NCBI GenBank assembly: GCA_903881545.1
Contig: CAIRTQ010000036.1
Coordinates: forward strand, 3,772 to 67,771
Origin: an uncultured Elusimicrobia bacterium
GTDB taxonomy: Bacteria > Elusimicrobiota > Elusimicrobia > UBA1565 > UBA9628
Direction of reading: 5' to 3'
Length of the DNA stretch: 64,000 bases
This document shows positions 38,945-48,517 of the stretch, piece by piece. The notes under the pieces are model-generated. The model searched no databases. It had not been told where the DNA came from and saw nothing but the letters and a program-made list of their open reading frames with translations. Numbering within the stretch: the stretch's first letter is position 1; each line of letters opens with the position of its first letter. A program made the translations under genes and the position numbers.

Positions 38945-39342
38945 AGCGGCTGCTCGTCGCGGTAGCCGCGGCCGTGGCACTGGCGTCCGGCTGCGCCCAG
39001 CGAGAGTTTCGGCTCTCCGGGACCATCACCGTCGCCGCGAGCCTCCAGCACCGGGCGCCGAAGGACAATGTGGTCCTGTTCATCGTGGCCAAGAACCGCG
39101 GCGATGTGCCCGTGGCGGTCCAGCGCATCGTCAACCCGCAGTTCCCGGTGGAGTTCACCCTGGGGCCGGAAGACCTCATCGTGCCCGCCCTGCCGACGGA
39201 CACGCCCCTGCGCGTCGAAGTAGAGATGAACACGCACGGCGCCATGGGCAAGCCCCAGCACGGGGACATGGGAGGGACGCACCCCAACCTGGTCTATCCC
39301 GGCAAGCGGCGCGTCCACCTAGTCATCGACCGGCAGTTTTAG
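38941..39342 (+). CDS. Small lipoprotein, unknown function
   Basis: GTG start overlapping the upstream stop (GTGA). Lipobox LASGC. Beta-rich domain. Confidence 0.5.
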   Translation: MKRLLVAVAAAVALASGCAQREFRLSGTITVAASLQHRAPKDNVVLFIVAKNRGDVPVAVQRIVNPQFPVEFTLGPEDLIVPALPTDTPLRVEVEMNTHGAMGKPQHGDMGGTHPNLVYPGKRRVHLVIDRQF

Positions 39343-39419
39343 TCCGTAGATAACCCCAAGCAGCAGGCCGACTGGGCATACCGGTGACCTAATTGCGGGT
39401 AATGGCGAGAAGCCCAGCC

Positions 39420-41021
39420 TTAGAACGCTAAAGCCAGTTGTAACGCGACGGCTGCGGAAGACGGCACTTTTTGCGACTTGCTTCCGCTGTTCCCGCTATT
39501 GACCTGAGTTTGTTCCGAGCTGATGGCGCCGCCCACATCAACCCTGAGGTGCGCGAGGTTGACGCCGAAACCGGCGGTATAGGCCAGCTTGGAGGAGGCA
39601 TTAGCGATGTTCTGCATGATGCCGGCGCGCAGAGGGATGTTGATCCAGGACCGGTTGAAGACATTGACTTCGGTTCCCACGCCGAACATGCGGGAATGAT
39701 ATCCCGGCAACGGGGTGAGGTTGTTGGTCAGGTCAATGTCCGCCGCGATATTCCAGAAATGCAGGGGCGTGAGAGCGACGCCCATGCGGACTTGGCCGTT
39801 TTCGGAATAATGCGCGGACTCCCCGTTGGTGATGGCGATCGCGGGTTGGTCGAACTTGGGGTCATTGAGGTTGCGGCCGACGACGCCGATCCGGGGCCTA
39901 CAGGGCAGGGAGGTGAAGAGCTTGTCCGCCTGCCATAAGGCGCCCAGGTCGATGCCGGGCTGGAGGCTGGTGGCGATGTTGTCCCGGAAGTGGCTCAGGG
40001 TGGAGTTATTGTTGTTGAGGATGTCGTAGCGGACGTAGCTGACCGTACCCACGATGGCCTTGAGGTTGCCGCCGACATAAAGCCCCGGGAGGAAGAAAGA
40101 GTGGCCGTAGCTCATGGCTATGTCCGTGAAGGAGCCGCCCTTAAGGGTCAGGTTGGAGGTGTTGTCTTTGTAGACATTGGTCGCGGTCTTGCCTTGGATG
40201 ATCGGCGCGACAGCTGCCGCGTTTTGGCTGATTGTTGTGGCGGCATCTAAGATTTGTGCAGTGGTCATGCCGTTATATGCCGCTATATTTACTAGGGCAT
40301 CACCGATATTACCTGAAGTGATGCCGCCAGCAGACAGCGCTCCGCCGGTAAGGGCGTCGAGCGAAGCGTATTGACTTCCCAGAGCAGTCTGAATGGTAGT
40401 AGCCGCAACCGTATTCGCGGACGTAGCTGCTCCGGTGCAGGAACTGCCACCGCATAAAGTCGTACTCGCGTTTGTGAAAGTGACGCCGCTCAATCCCGAG
40501 CCGCTGCCCAGTCCGATGTTCTGTAAATCCACATATGGCGCGGCGCCGACCTGGGTGAAATTATTAACCGAGAAGGCGAACTTTCCGATCTTGAAGTTGG
40601 CGCCGCCGTTCACATCGGCCAAGGCGCCCTTCCCAGGATTGTTAAGATCTGCGATGGCGGCCAAACCCTTATAAAAGGCTCCGATTTGGGTGACATTCAT
40701 GGCGCCGGCGGCACCGCTACCCTGTGAGGTTTGGATCGCTTTGAACTGCGAGGACAGATCCATCAAGGTGTTGGCATCCTTCAGGACGCCGCCCGTGAAA
40801 TCGGCCTTGGCGCCGACCGGAATCGCAATCTCCCATTTCACATTATCCAACTCCTCAGCCAAGCCCGCCGGGTTCCAGTGCTGCGCCAGACTCCCTTCAG
40901 CCATACCCACAAATGCGCCGCCCATGCCTAGGGGGCGCGGCCCCAGGATCGACCAAGCGTCGGCATAGGACAAAGACGGCAGGCCCAGGCACACGACAAG
41001 AGTCAGCGTTTTATAAAGCAT
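39420..41021 (-). CDS. FadL/TodX-like outer-membrane beta-barrel transporter
   Basis: Signal peptide. N-terminal GMGGAFVGMAEGSLAQHWNPAGLA hatch-domain motif of the FadL family. C-terminal ...LALAF. Lower GC than the flanks. Confidence 0.65.
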   Translation of the reverse strand: MLYKTLTLVVCLGLPSLSYADAWSILGPRPLGMGGAFVGMAEGSLAQHWNPAGLAEELDNVKWEIAIPVGAKADFTGGVLKDANTLMDLSSQFKAIQTSQGSGAAGAMNVTQIGAFYKGLAAIADLNNPGKGALADVNGGANFKIGKFAFSVNNFTQVGAAPYVDLQNIGLGSGSGLSGVTFTNASTTLCGGSSCTGAATSANTVAATTIQTALGSQYASLDALTGGALSAGGITSGNIGDALVNIAAYNGMTTAQILDAATTISQNAAAVAPIIQGKTATNVYKDNTSNLTLKGGSFTDIAMSYGHSFFLPGLYVGGNLKAIVGTVSYVRYDILNNNNSTLSHFRDNIATSLQPGIDLGALWQADKLFTSLPCRPRIGVVGRNLNDPKFDQPAIAITNGESAHYSENGQVRMGVALTPLHFWNIAADIDLTNNLTPLPGYHSRMFGVGTEVNVFNRSWINIPLRAGIMQNIANASSKLAYTAGFGVNLAHLRVDVGGAISSEQTQVNSGNSGSKSQKVPSSAAVALQLALAF

Positions 41022-41191
41022 TATATACTCCTATATAATCGCAAGTTAATCCCCAGCATCCAGGCCCCATCAGCCGCCTAGCAAATACTATAATAGCACA
41101 CCCCCCGCCGAATTACACGCCCAAAAACTTGTCATGAGATTCTCTTTCTGGTATTATTAACTTACATTTCCGAAAGGATAAGGTGCCCACA

Positions 41192-42340
41192 ATGAAAAAG
41201 GCAATAAAAAGACTGCTCGCAATAATGCTGTGCGCGCTGGCGCCCTTGACGCTTTCTCCTGTATGTTCGGCCGACACTCCGGCCGTCGATAAGTTTCTTA
41301 CCACGGAAGGGGTTGCGCTGAATTCCTACATTAAATCCATCATCGCCGGGACTGGCTATCCCTATTGGTCTGTCGGGGACCACCTGGATTCCGTAATGGC
41401 GAACTATAAAGCCACCGGGGACCGCCGGCTCCTCTCCTTCCTGGTCGACGCAGGAGACGGGCTTCTATTCCTGACCAGCACCAAACTCGGCCGGAAGGAT
41501 GAATATAGGAAGAAATTGGTCGATACCTGGATCTCAAGCCAGTACAGTTGCGGAAAGAACTACGCGGAAATGGTGCACGCCATGGTCATGATCGCTCCGG
41601 TGGCCGAGGCGTACGCGATCCTGCTGTCCGGGCCGCAGCTCGATGCCGGTATGCGGGCGAGGATCAGCTCGGGCGCCACGGAGATGGAGAAGGTCTTCAC
41701 CACCTTCAACGACCTCTACAACTCCCAAGGGTTCTACGCAATTTCACCCCTGGAGAAATCCGCCGCGTGCTCTGCCTTCAAGCTGCCGCCGAAGAGCGTC
41801 ATGCCCCTGAACATGGTTTCGGCGGCCGCGCGCGCGCATTTCCACATGTACTATGTCGAAGCCGCTTTAAACCAGGGCGCTAAAAGCGACTTTCATAAGG
41901 CCCGGTTCACAAGCATCGCGAAATATGTAAGATCTCAGATACACACGACTACCTGGAAAAATAAGTCGGTTTTGGTATGGAAATATGCTGCTACCCAAAG
42001 CTGGGCGGAGGATCCTTCCCACGGCTACCTGACGCTACAGCTGGCGCAAGCGCTTTATCAGAAGGGCTGGGGCCCCTTCACCAAGACGGACATGACCAAC
42101 CTGGCGAATACTTTTGACATGCTTTACAATGGCTTCCTTAATTCAAAAGTACGCACGAAATTCTCCGTGAACAGCGCCCTGAGTTCGGCGGTACCCGATC
42201 TCCTGCCCCTGACGCGCTATGTCGGGCTTTGTGTCTATGAGAAGAGCATAAAAGCCAATGTGGCCACACTAAGGGCTGCCGGGGCCAAAAACACCTTGGG
42301 CGATTCGCTCTTTGCACAAGCCTCGGTTTCCTGCCCCTGA
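41192..42340 (+). CDS. Secreted hypothetical protein
   Basis: Signal peptide MKKAIKRLLAIMLCALAPLTLSPVCSA. Helical-repeat-like body. No family recognised. Lower GC. Confidence 0.5.
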   Translation: MKKAIKRLLAIMLCALAPLTLSPVCSADTPAVDKFLTTEGVALNSYIKSIIAGTGYPYWSVGDHLDSVMANYKATGDRRLLSFLVDAGDGLLFLTSTKLGRKDEYRKKLVDTWISSQYSCGKNYAEMVHAMVMIAPVAEAYAILLSGPQLDAGMRARISSGATEMEKVFTTFNDLYNSQGFYAISPLEKSAACSAFKLPPKSVMPLNMVSAAARAHFHMYYVEAALNQGAKSDFHKARFTSIAKYVRSQIHTTTWKNKSVLVWKYAATQSWAEDPSHGYLTLQLAQALYQKGWGPFTKTDMTNLANTFDMLYNGFLNSKVRTKFSVNSALSSAVPDLLPLTRYVGLCVYEKSIKANVATLRAAGAKNTLGDSLFAQASVSCP

Positions 42341-42362
42341 CCCCGCCAAAACGGAGACGGGG

Positions 42363-43715
42363 TCAGGACTCGTACAGCTTGCGGAAGCTCTCCGCAGTCG
42401 AGTCACGGTTGCGACCCAAAGCCTCGCGCGCCAAATGCCTGGCCAAGCCCGTGCCGAGATAAGCCAAAGCGTGCAGTTCCCTGAGGTACGGGTGGTGCCG
42501 AAGGAAGCTCTTGGCCGCCCGCCAAGGCTTCGGGAAGGAGAGCCTCTCCGCCAATAGCCCGCCCTCCAATGTCTCCCTGGCGGTGCGGCAGGGCACCGCC
42601 CGCCCCAGCTTGACGCAAGCCGCGTCCGTGACCGCCTCGGCCATGATCCTGAAGTCGGAAAGCTTGCCGCCCCCGATCGTCAACAACCCCTCCACCCCGT
42701 CGCGTTTGGCATGGTCGAAAACCTCGAACTCGCGGGACAACAGCTTCTCGCTGCCCGATTGGCCCAAGATGGGGCGGGCGCCCACGATAGTCGAATCATA
42801 TCTTTCGGGAAAGTCGGCAAAATAGCGTCTGACTGATGCCAGGAGATAGGAGATCTCCTCAGGGTCCGTGGCGATGCGCTCGGGGTCTGCCGGCGCCGAA
42901 ATGTCCGTTGGTCCGACCAAGGTCCCTTGCTCGGAGGGGATGACGAAGACATAGCGGCAGCCGCCTTCGGCCTCGAGGATCAGGCCCACCGGGGTCAAAC
43001 GCTCCCGGTAGCAAAGGTGGGTACCCTTTTGAAGCCGCAGGGGGATCCGTAGGCCCGCCATCCGGGCGGTCTTGTCAGCCCAGGGCCCCGAGGCGTTGAT
43101 GACCACGCGGCCAGGATACTCGGCGCCTTGAGCGGCGACCCCGCAGACCTTCCCGTCGCGGCGCAAGATCTCCGTGACGGCAGAACCGGTCTCGACCCGC
43201 GCTCCGTGGCGCGCAGCCGAGTCGAGGTTCTTAGCGACCAAGGCCACCGGATCGACCCACCACTCGTCGAAAGAGAACGCCCCGATGAGGCCCTCCCGCT
43301 TGAGGCCCGGCAGCAACCGCAGCGCCTCCTCTGGGCGCAGGCGCAGGTGAGGCAGACCGCCCTTCATGCGCTGAAAGCCGTCGTAGGCCTCGAGCAAGGT
43401 CTCCACCGTAGTCATGCCATGCGCATGGCCCTTGTAGACGGGCCAGATGACGGGCAGGCGCCTGAGCAATGGCGCCGCGATGCGGATGATGTGGCCCGAG
43501 TCCCAGCAGGTAGTATGGGTGGTCAGCCGGTCGTAGAGGAGGTAGCGCAGCCCGCCGTGGATCAGGTGAGTAGATGACGCCGTGGTGGCCCCGCCGGGAG
43601 AGCCCTTCTCGAAAAGGAGGACCTTCAAGCCGCGCATCGCGCAGTCGCGCGCCGTCCCCGCGCCGGTGACGCCGCCGCCGATTATGATCACGTCATGCAT
43701 GGTCTCCTCCCGCAA
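42363..43715 (-). CDS. FAD-dependent glycerol-3-phosphate dehydrogenase family oxidoreductase (GlpD/GlpA-like)
   Basis: DVIIIGGGVTGAGTARDCAMRGLKVLLFEK dinucleotide fold plus a DAO domain. Confidence 0.75.
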   Translation of the reverse strand: MREETMHDVIIIGGGVTGAGTARDCAMRGLKVLLFEKGSPGGATTASSTHLIHGGLRYLLYDRLTTHTTCWDSGHIIRIAAPLLRRLPVIWPVYKGHAHGMTTVETLLEAYDGFQRMKGGLPHLRLRPEEALRLLPGLKREGLIGAFSFDEWWVDPVALVAKNLDSAARHGARVETGSAVTEILRRDGKVCGVAAQGAEYPGRVVINASGPWADKTARMAGLRIPLRLQKGTHLCYRERLTPVGLILEAEGGCRYVFVIPSEQGTLVGPTDISAPADPERIATDPEEISYLLASVRRYFADFPERYDSTIVGARPILGQSGSEKLLSREFEVFDHAKRDGVEGLLTIGGGKLSDFRIMAEAVTDAACVKLGRAVPCRTARETLEGGLLAERLSFPKPWRAAKSFLRHHPYLRELHALAYLGTGLARHLAREALGRNRDSTAESFRKLYES

Positions 43716-44987
43716 TCAACGCCCCGGCGGACTGGCCTGCGCGCTGCGGCCCAGCGGCACCGCCGCCGCGATCCAGGCCCCGGCCGCGGCCAGACTGATA
43801 GCCGGGAAAGCCCATCCGGGCAAAACGCCCAGGGACATCCTGGCCAAGGAGATGCCTCCGGCGACCGCGCCCTTGGAGAAACGATAGGTGAAGGCGTCCA
43901 CCACCTGCTTGGCCCGGTAGCGCACATCGAAGGAAAGCGGGATGTAGAGCAGTTCCTTGCTGGCCCGAAAAATGGAATAGTCCAGCCCCTTGAAGATGAT
44001 CAAGGACCAAGCGGCCACGGGCAGGGCCGGAATCCCGAGCATCAGCACGGCCATAATCATATGCACGACTGGGATGCCGATCAGCACGACGGAGAGGCGC
44101 AGGCGCCGCAACAGCAACGGCGTCACCACGAACTGCATGAAGAAGGCCAGGCAGTTGACCTTCATAAACAGCAAAGCCAGGTAGGCCGTGCGGACATCCT
44201 TGTTCGGCATAGCGGTCTCCACGAGCGCATAGACGCGCAGGTTGGTGGCGGTAGCGAAGAACTGGGAGAGCGCTATCACCAGCGCGATGAAGAGCAGAAC
44301 CTTGTGTTCCAGGATAAGGCGCAGGCGCAGCGCCCCCCCCCCCATCCCGCTCTCCTTGGCCGAAGGTCGGGGCTCGCCGGCCAGGCGATAGGCGGCGTAG
44401 GCCAGGCCGGCCGTGGGCACGAGGCTCAAACTTGTGAGCAGCACGAACATCTTGGACCCCAAGACGGACGCGAACCGGCCAACGAAGAGGCCCGCGAGTA
44501 TCGGCCCGATCGAGGCGCAACCCAGGATGGGCCCGTTGAACATTTTGGCGTTGGCTTGGTTCAAGGTGCTATTGATGAAGGACCAGAACTGCTCGACCAG
44601 AATGACGATGTATATCTCGGCGAAAATATAGAACGCGACCACGGCGGCCCTGCTCCCGGTGCGCAGGGCCAGATACGCGTCGAAGAATGCCGCCGCGAAG
44701 AACCCCAAGGAGGCCTGGAGGGTCCACAAGCTGCCCAGGCGCGTGAGCACGCGACCGTAGCAGTAGATGACCAAGACCATGAACACCGGCACCACGCTCA
44801 TGGCGTACGGCATGGGACCCGAGCCGAAGGCCTCGATGAAGAGGGATGCCGCGGTGCTGCGCGCAAACTCGTAGCCGCCCACCAGGCAAGCGGCCGACAG
44901 AGAGATGCAGACCATGGCCGCGATGAGGCGGCGCCTGGGCCGAGCCAAGGCCTCGCCGCTGGCAGCCGGCGAAAAGCGACTTTGCAT
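43716..44987 (-). CDS. Polytopic transporter, possibly TLC (Npt1/Npt2 ATP/ADP translocase-like) or MFS-related
   Basis: 423 aa, about 11-12 TM. N-terminal YEFARSTAASLF.. and later RASKELLYIPL resemble TLC-family motifs. Assignment is tentative. Confidence 0.4.
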   Translation of the reverse strand: MQSRFSPAASGEALARPRRRLIAAMVCISLSAACLVGGYEFARSTAASLFIEAFGSGPMPYAMSVVPVFMVLVIYCYGRVLTRLGSLWTLQASLGFFAAAFFDAYLALRTGSRAAVVAFYIFAEIYIVILVEQFWSFINSTLNQANAKMFNGPILGCASIGPILAGLFVGRFASVLGSKMFVLLTSLSLVPTAGLAYAAYRLAGEPRPSAKESGMGGGALRLRLILEHKVLLFIALVIALSQFFATATNLRVYALVETAMPNKDVRTAYLALLFMKVNCLAFFMQFVVTPLLLRRLRLSVVLIGIPVVHMIMAVLMLGIPALPVAAWSLIIFKGLDYSIFRASKELLYIPLSFDVRYRAKQVVDAFTYRFSKGAVAGGISLARMSLGVLPGWAFPAISLAAAGAWIAAAVPLGRSAQASPPGR

Positions 44988-45067
44988 CTTTCAATAATAC
45001 AACAATAAGACTCCTGCTCAGAGAATGGCTCGGACTGGAACCAGGATGAAATTTTATAGACTGATGC

Positions 45068-45961
45068 ATGCCCTGGCGCGCGGAACTGACGGACCGCTTC
45101 AAAGACCGCTGCCTCCTCGGCGAGCCACTGAGCCGGCACACTTCCTTCAAGATAGGCGGCCAGGCTGAGATAATGGTCTGGCCCGACCGCGAGGAGGAAT
45201 GGTCCTGGCTCCTCGGTTTCGTTCGGCAAAAGGGCCTGCCGCTGACGGTCCTGGGCCTGGGCTCCAACGTCATCGTCAGCGACGCGGGCCTAGCCGGCGT
45301 GGTGGCCTCGACTTGCCGCATGTGCCGCTGCGAAGTCTCCGGCCATGGCATCAGCGCCCAATCCGGCGCCGCCCTCGACGCCGTGGTGGCGCGCTGCGTG
45401 GAGGCGGGATTGTCCGGCATGGAGAAACTCTCCGGCATCCCCGGCACGGTGGGAGGCGCCCTCTGGATCAACGCCGGCGCCTTCGGCCAAGAGGCCTACG
45501 ACCGCCTGGTATCATTCACCGCGCTGGATCCCGAGGCCCGGCTCGTGCGCCGCGCCAAGGGCGAAGTCGCCTTCGGCTACCGCAAAGTGGAGGGGATCTC
45601 CGGCCTCGTTTTCCTGGCCGCCGAGTGGGCCTTGACCCCCGGCGACCCGGCCGCCCTGCGCGAGATCCGCGCCGCGACCCTGCAAGCCCGAGCCGACAAG
45701 CAGCCTCTGGAATTGCCGTCCGCGGGGAGCGTGTTCAAAAGGCCGCCGGAAGGCTACGCCTCGCGGCTCATCGACGCCTGCGGCCTGAAAGGCCTCACGG
45801 TCGGGCGCGCCCAGGTCTCGCCCAAGCACGCCGGCTTCATCGTCAATCTCGGCGGGGCCACGGCGCGCGACGTCATGGAACTCATCGGCCGGGTGCGCGA
45901 GGCGGTGCTCGCAAAAACCGGCGTCCGGCTGGAGTTGGAGCAGATCCCTTTAGGCTTCTGA
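45068..45961 (+). CDS. murB: UDP-N-acetylenolpyruvoylglucosamine reductase
   Basis: FAD-binding PCMH domain (LGLGSNVIVSD) and the MurB C-terminal domain. Confidence 0.9.
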   Translation: MPWRAELTDRFKDRCLLGEPLSRHTSFKIGGQAEIMVWPDREEEWSWLLGFVRQKGLPLTVLGLGSNVIVSDAGLAGVVASTCRMCRCEVSGHGISAQSGAALDAVVARCVEAGLSGMEKLSGIPGTVGGALWINAGAFGQEAYDRLVSFTALDPEARLVRRAKGEVAFGYRKVEGISGLVFLAAEWALTPGDPAALREIRAATLQARADKQPLELPSAGSVFKRPPEGYASRLIDACGLKGLTVGRAQVSPKHAGFIVNLGGATARDVMELIGRVREAVLAKTGVRLELEQIPLGF

Positions 45962-45970
45962 GGAGGACAC

Positions 45971-47164
45971 ATGGCAGGCCCATTCCAGGCAGTCAAGGTC
46001 ACGGACAAAGTCTACTGGGTCGGGGCGATCGATTGGGACATCCGTGACTTCCACGGCTACTCCACCAACCGCGGCACCACCTACAACGCCTATCTGGTCA
46101 TGGCGGACAAGCCCACATTGATCGACACGGTCAAGGCGCCATTCTTCGACGAGATGCTCTCCCGCATCGCCTCGGTCTGCGACCCCAAGGCGATCCGTTA
46201 CGTCGTCTCCAACCACTCCGAACTGGACCACTCCGGCGGCTTGCCCCGCCTCATCAATCTGATCCGGCCGGAGAAGGTTGTCGCGTCAACGATGGGGGTC
46301 AAGGCGCTACAGGCGCATTTTCATTGGGACGTTCCAGTCCAGGCGGTCAAGGACGGGGAGAAGCTCGACCTGGGCACAGACCAGCTGGCCTTCACCGAGG
46401 CCCGCATGGTGCACTGGCCGGACAGCATGTTCTCCACCCTCGAAGGCGCGGGAGTGCTCTTCTCCAACGATGGCTTCGGCATGCACCTAGCGGACTCGCG
46501 GCGCTTCGACGACGAGACCCCGGATTGGCACACCGAGGCGGCCAAATACTACGCCAACATCCTACTGCCATTCTCGGACACGGTCCTGGCGCTCTTGGAC
46601 AAGCTCGCCAAGGCCGGCTTCGCGCCGAAGTTCATCGCCCCGGACCACGGCCCTATCTGGCGCAAGGACGCGGCCAAAATCATGTCGCTCTGGGCGCAAT
46701 GGGCACGCCAGAAGCCAACGAACAAGGCCGTGGTGATCTACGACACCATGTGGGGCTCGACCGAACTGCTGGCTCGCGCCGCAGCTGACGGCCTGGCCTC
46801 GGCCGGGACCAAGGCCGTGGTCATGCCCCTGCGCGGCAGCCACCGCAGCGATGTGGCCACCGAGTTGCTGGAGGCCGGAGCGCTTCTGGTCGGATCGCCC
46901 ACCATCAACCGCCAGATGTTCCCCACCGTAGCCGACTGCCTGAGCTACCTCAAGGGCTTGAAGCGCAAGAACCTGACGGGCGCGGCCTTCGGCTCCTACG
47001 GCTGGGGCGGCGAGTCCATCAAGCTGGTCCATGACGCCTTGACCGAGATGGGCGTGGCGGTTGGCGAACCGATGAAATGCCAATATGTGCCGGACCAGGC
47101 GGCGCTCGCCGCAGCCTACGCTTTGGGCCAGAAGGTCGCGGCCGGACTCAAACAATTATCCTAG
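45971..47164 (+). CDS. Flavodiiron protein (FprA / rubredoxin:oxygen oxidoreductase type): metallo-beta-lactamase plus flavodoxin domains
   Basis: HSELDHSGG di-iron motif and a C-terminal flavodoxin-like domain (VVIYDTMWGSTE). Confidence 0.85.
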   Translation: MAGPFQAVKVTDKVYWVGAIDWDIRDFHGYSTNRGTTYNAYLVMADKPTLIDTVKAPFFDEMLSRIASVCDPKAIRYVVSNHSELDHSGGLPRLINLIRPEKVVASTMGVKALQAHFHWDVPVQAVKDGEKLDLGTDQLAFTEARMVHWPDSMFSTLEGAGVLFSNDGFGMHLADSRRFDDETPDWHTEAAKYYANILLPFSDTVLALLDKLAKAGFAPKFIAPDHGPIWRKDAAKIMSLWAQWARQKPTNKAVVIYDTMWGSTELLARAAADGLASAGTKAVVMPLRGSHRSDVATELLEAGALLVGSPTINRQMFPTVADCLSYLKGLKRKNLTGAAFGSYGWGGESIKLVHDALTEMGVAVGEPMKCQYVPDQAALAAAYALGQKVAAGLKQLS

Positions 47165-47204
47165 AAAAGCGGGGAGCGCCACGCCGAAGCGCCGATTAGC
47201 GGGA

Positions 47205-48143
47205 CTACAGACCGGCCATCTTCCTGAGCTCGCCGTAGGTAATGAGGAGCTTGTTGATGTCGCACTTCCCAACGGTCGAAAAGCTGTGCGGCTGCATTCC
47301 GTAGACTCCGTTCGTGAACTGCCAGATGGCCGTCGCCTTCGGGGGCGTGCTGATGTAGGAGGCGACCCAGCGGGGGCAATTAGCCAGCAGACCGGTGGTG
47401 CGGACATTATGGAGGCTCGTATAGAGAAACGGATAGCGGCCGGTCTTCTTATAAACGCGAGTGACAAACGCCTCCGCCTCGGCGGTGCTCATCGATCGGC
47501 CGTCGGGGTTGTTCTCCAAGTCGAGCACAAAAATGCGGCCGGGATTGGTGTCCGTGGTGACGGTACTCTTGACGCCGTTGACTATCTCGGTGGTCGTGGT
47601 CACCACGCTGGGAGGGAACATGACCAGGGCCGTATCGGCCTGGGTCGTGCCGCTTATCCCTCCGATTCCGAAGACATAGCCGATGATGATCATCTTCCGC
47701 GAGAGAGCCTGCTGGTAATTCTGGACAAAATTGGCGAGCATTTGCGCATTAATCTTCGAGCTCTGGACCCCGGACTGCCAGACCTTGATGCCCACGATGC
47801 CGTGAGAGGCGCTTTCGAACGTGTCCCAATTACTCACGCTCCTGAACATGTTGAGGTCCGGAAACATGAGGCCGGTCGCGCTGAGAGCCGCGCGCACGGG
47901 AATCGGAGTCGTCGCATCTGCTGTCCCGCTTGGAATACAAGAAACGACTTGACCATTGCAATAACTCGCCTTTATCGTATTTGATGGGCACACGCCCTTA
48001 ACCGGGGCCACCGCGTCAGCAATCGAAATGTAGCTTCCGTTTCCGTTCGGACAAGAAACCGTCGCCGCTACCGCGCGAGACAGCGCGCAGACGACTAGAA
48101 TCGCTATCAAAACGAAGACATTCGGCTTGCTTGCTTTTTCCAT
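47205..48143 (-). CDS. Secreted protein with GH25-lysozyme-like C-terminal region and Cys-rich N-terminal region
   Basis: Signal peptide. C-terminus IWQFTNGVYGMQ...KCDINKLL resembles the GH25 W-Q-Y-T..G.V.G..D.N motif. Lower GC. Confidence 0.4.
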   Translation of the reverse strand: MEKASKPNVFVLIAILVVCALSRAVAATVSCPNGNGSYISIADAVAPVKGVCPSNTIKASYCNGQVVSCIPSGTADATTPIPVRAALSATGLMFPDLNMFRSVSNWDTFESASHGIVGIKVWQSGVQSSKINAQMLANFVQNYQQALSRKMIIIGYVFGIGGISGTTQADTALVMFPPSVVTTTTEIVNGVKSTVTTDTNPGRIFVLDLENNPDGRSMSTAEAEAFVTRVYKKTGRYPFLYTSLHNVRTTGLLANCPRWVASYISTPPKATAIWQFTNGVYGMQPHSFSTVGKCDINKLLITYGELRKMAGL

Positions 48144-48265
48144 GGAGCCCCTCGCGAACTCAACTGCCGCTCATTGATTACGAGAGGCATTGTAGGATAG
48201 CGGCCTACATCTGTCAATGCTTTGCACTGATCCCCAATCCTCAAACAAGGAGGATCAATAATCTT

Positions 48266-48517
48266 TTAATAAACCCTGACCAAACCCATGATCGCTAAAA
48301 TTCCGAGGAAGGAGAAGCCGACGACGATGGTCCAGGGCAGGATGAGCGCCACGATGCCTTCGAGCCGAAGATCCCAGGGCAATTTATCCTTGGAGCGAAC
48401 TTTATCGACATCCTTGTCATAGGACACATATCCGATGTCATCCGTCGTCCAAATGTTGTCGGTCTCGGATTCCTGATCCGACTTCATGCTGGTATTCCTA
48501 CTCATATAATTCGGCAT
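48266..48517 (-). CDS. Small membrane protein (83 aa) whose start and 5' region lie inside the conserved 83-bp element
   Basis: MPNYMSRNTSMK..., acidic middle, one C-terminal TM. The first 12 codons are conserved at DNA level with ORF 62000-62221. Confidence 0.4.
   Translation of the reverse strand: MPNYMSRNTSMKSDQESETDNIWTTDDIGYVSYDKDVDKVRSKDKLPWDLRLEGIVALILPWTIVVGFSFLGILAIMGLVRVY

Noticed and set aside
45985-46000. gtcaaggtca motif resembling the box core
   Set aside because: Lies inside the flavodiiron coding sequence. It is a single half-site without the flanking conserved block.
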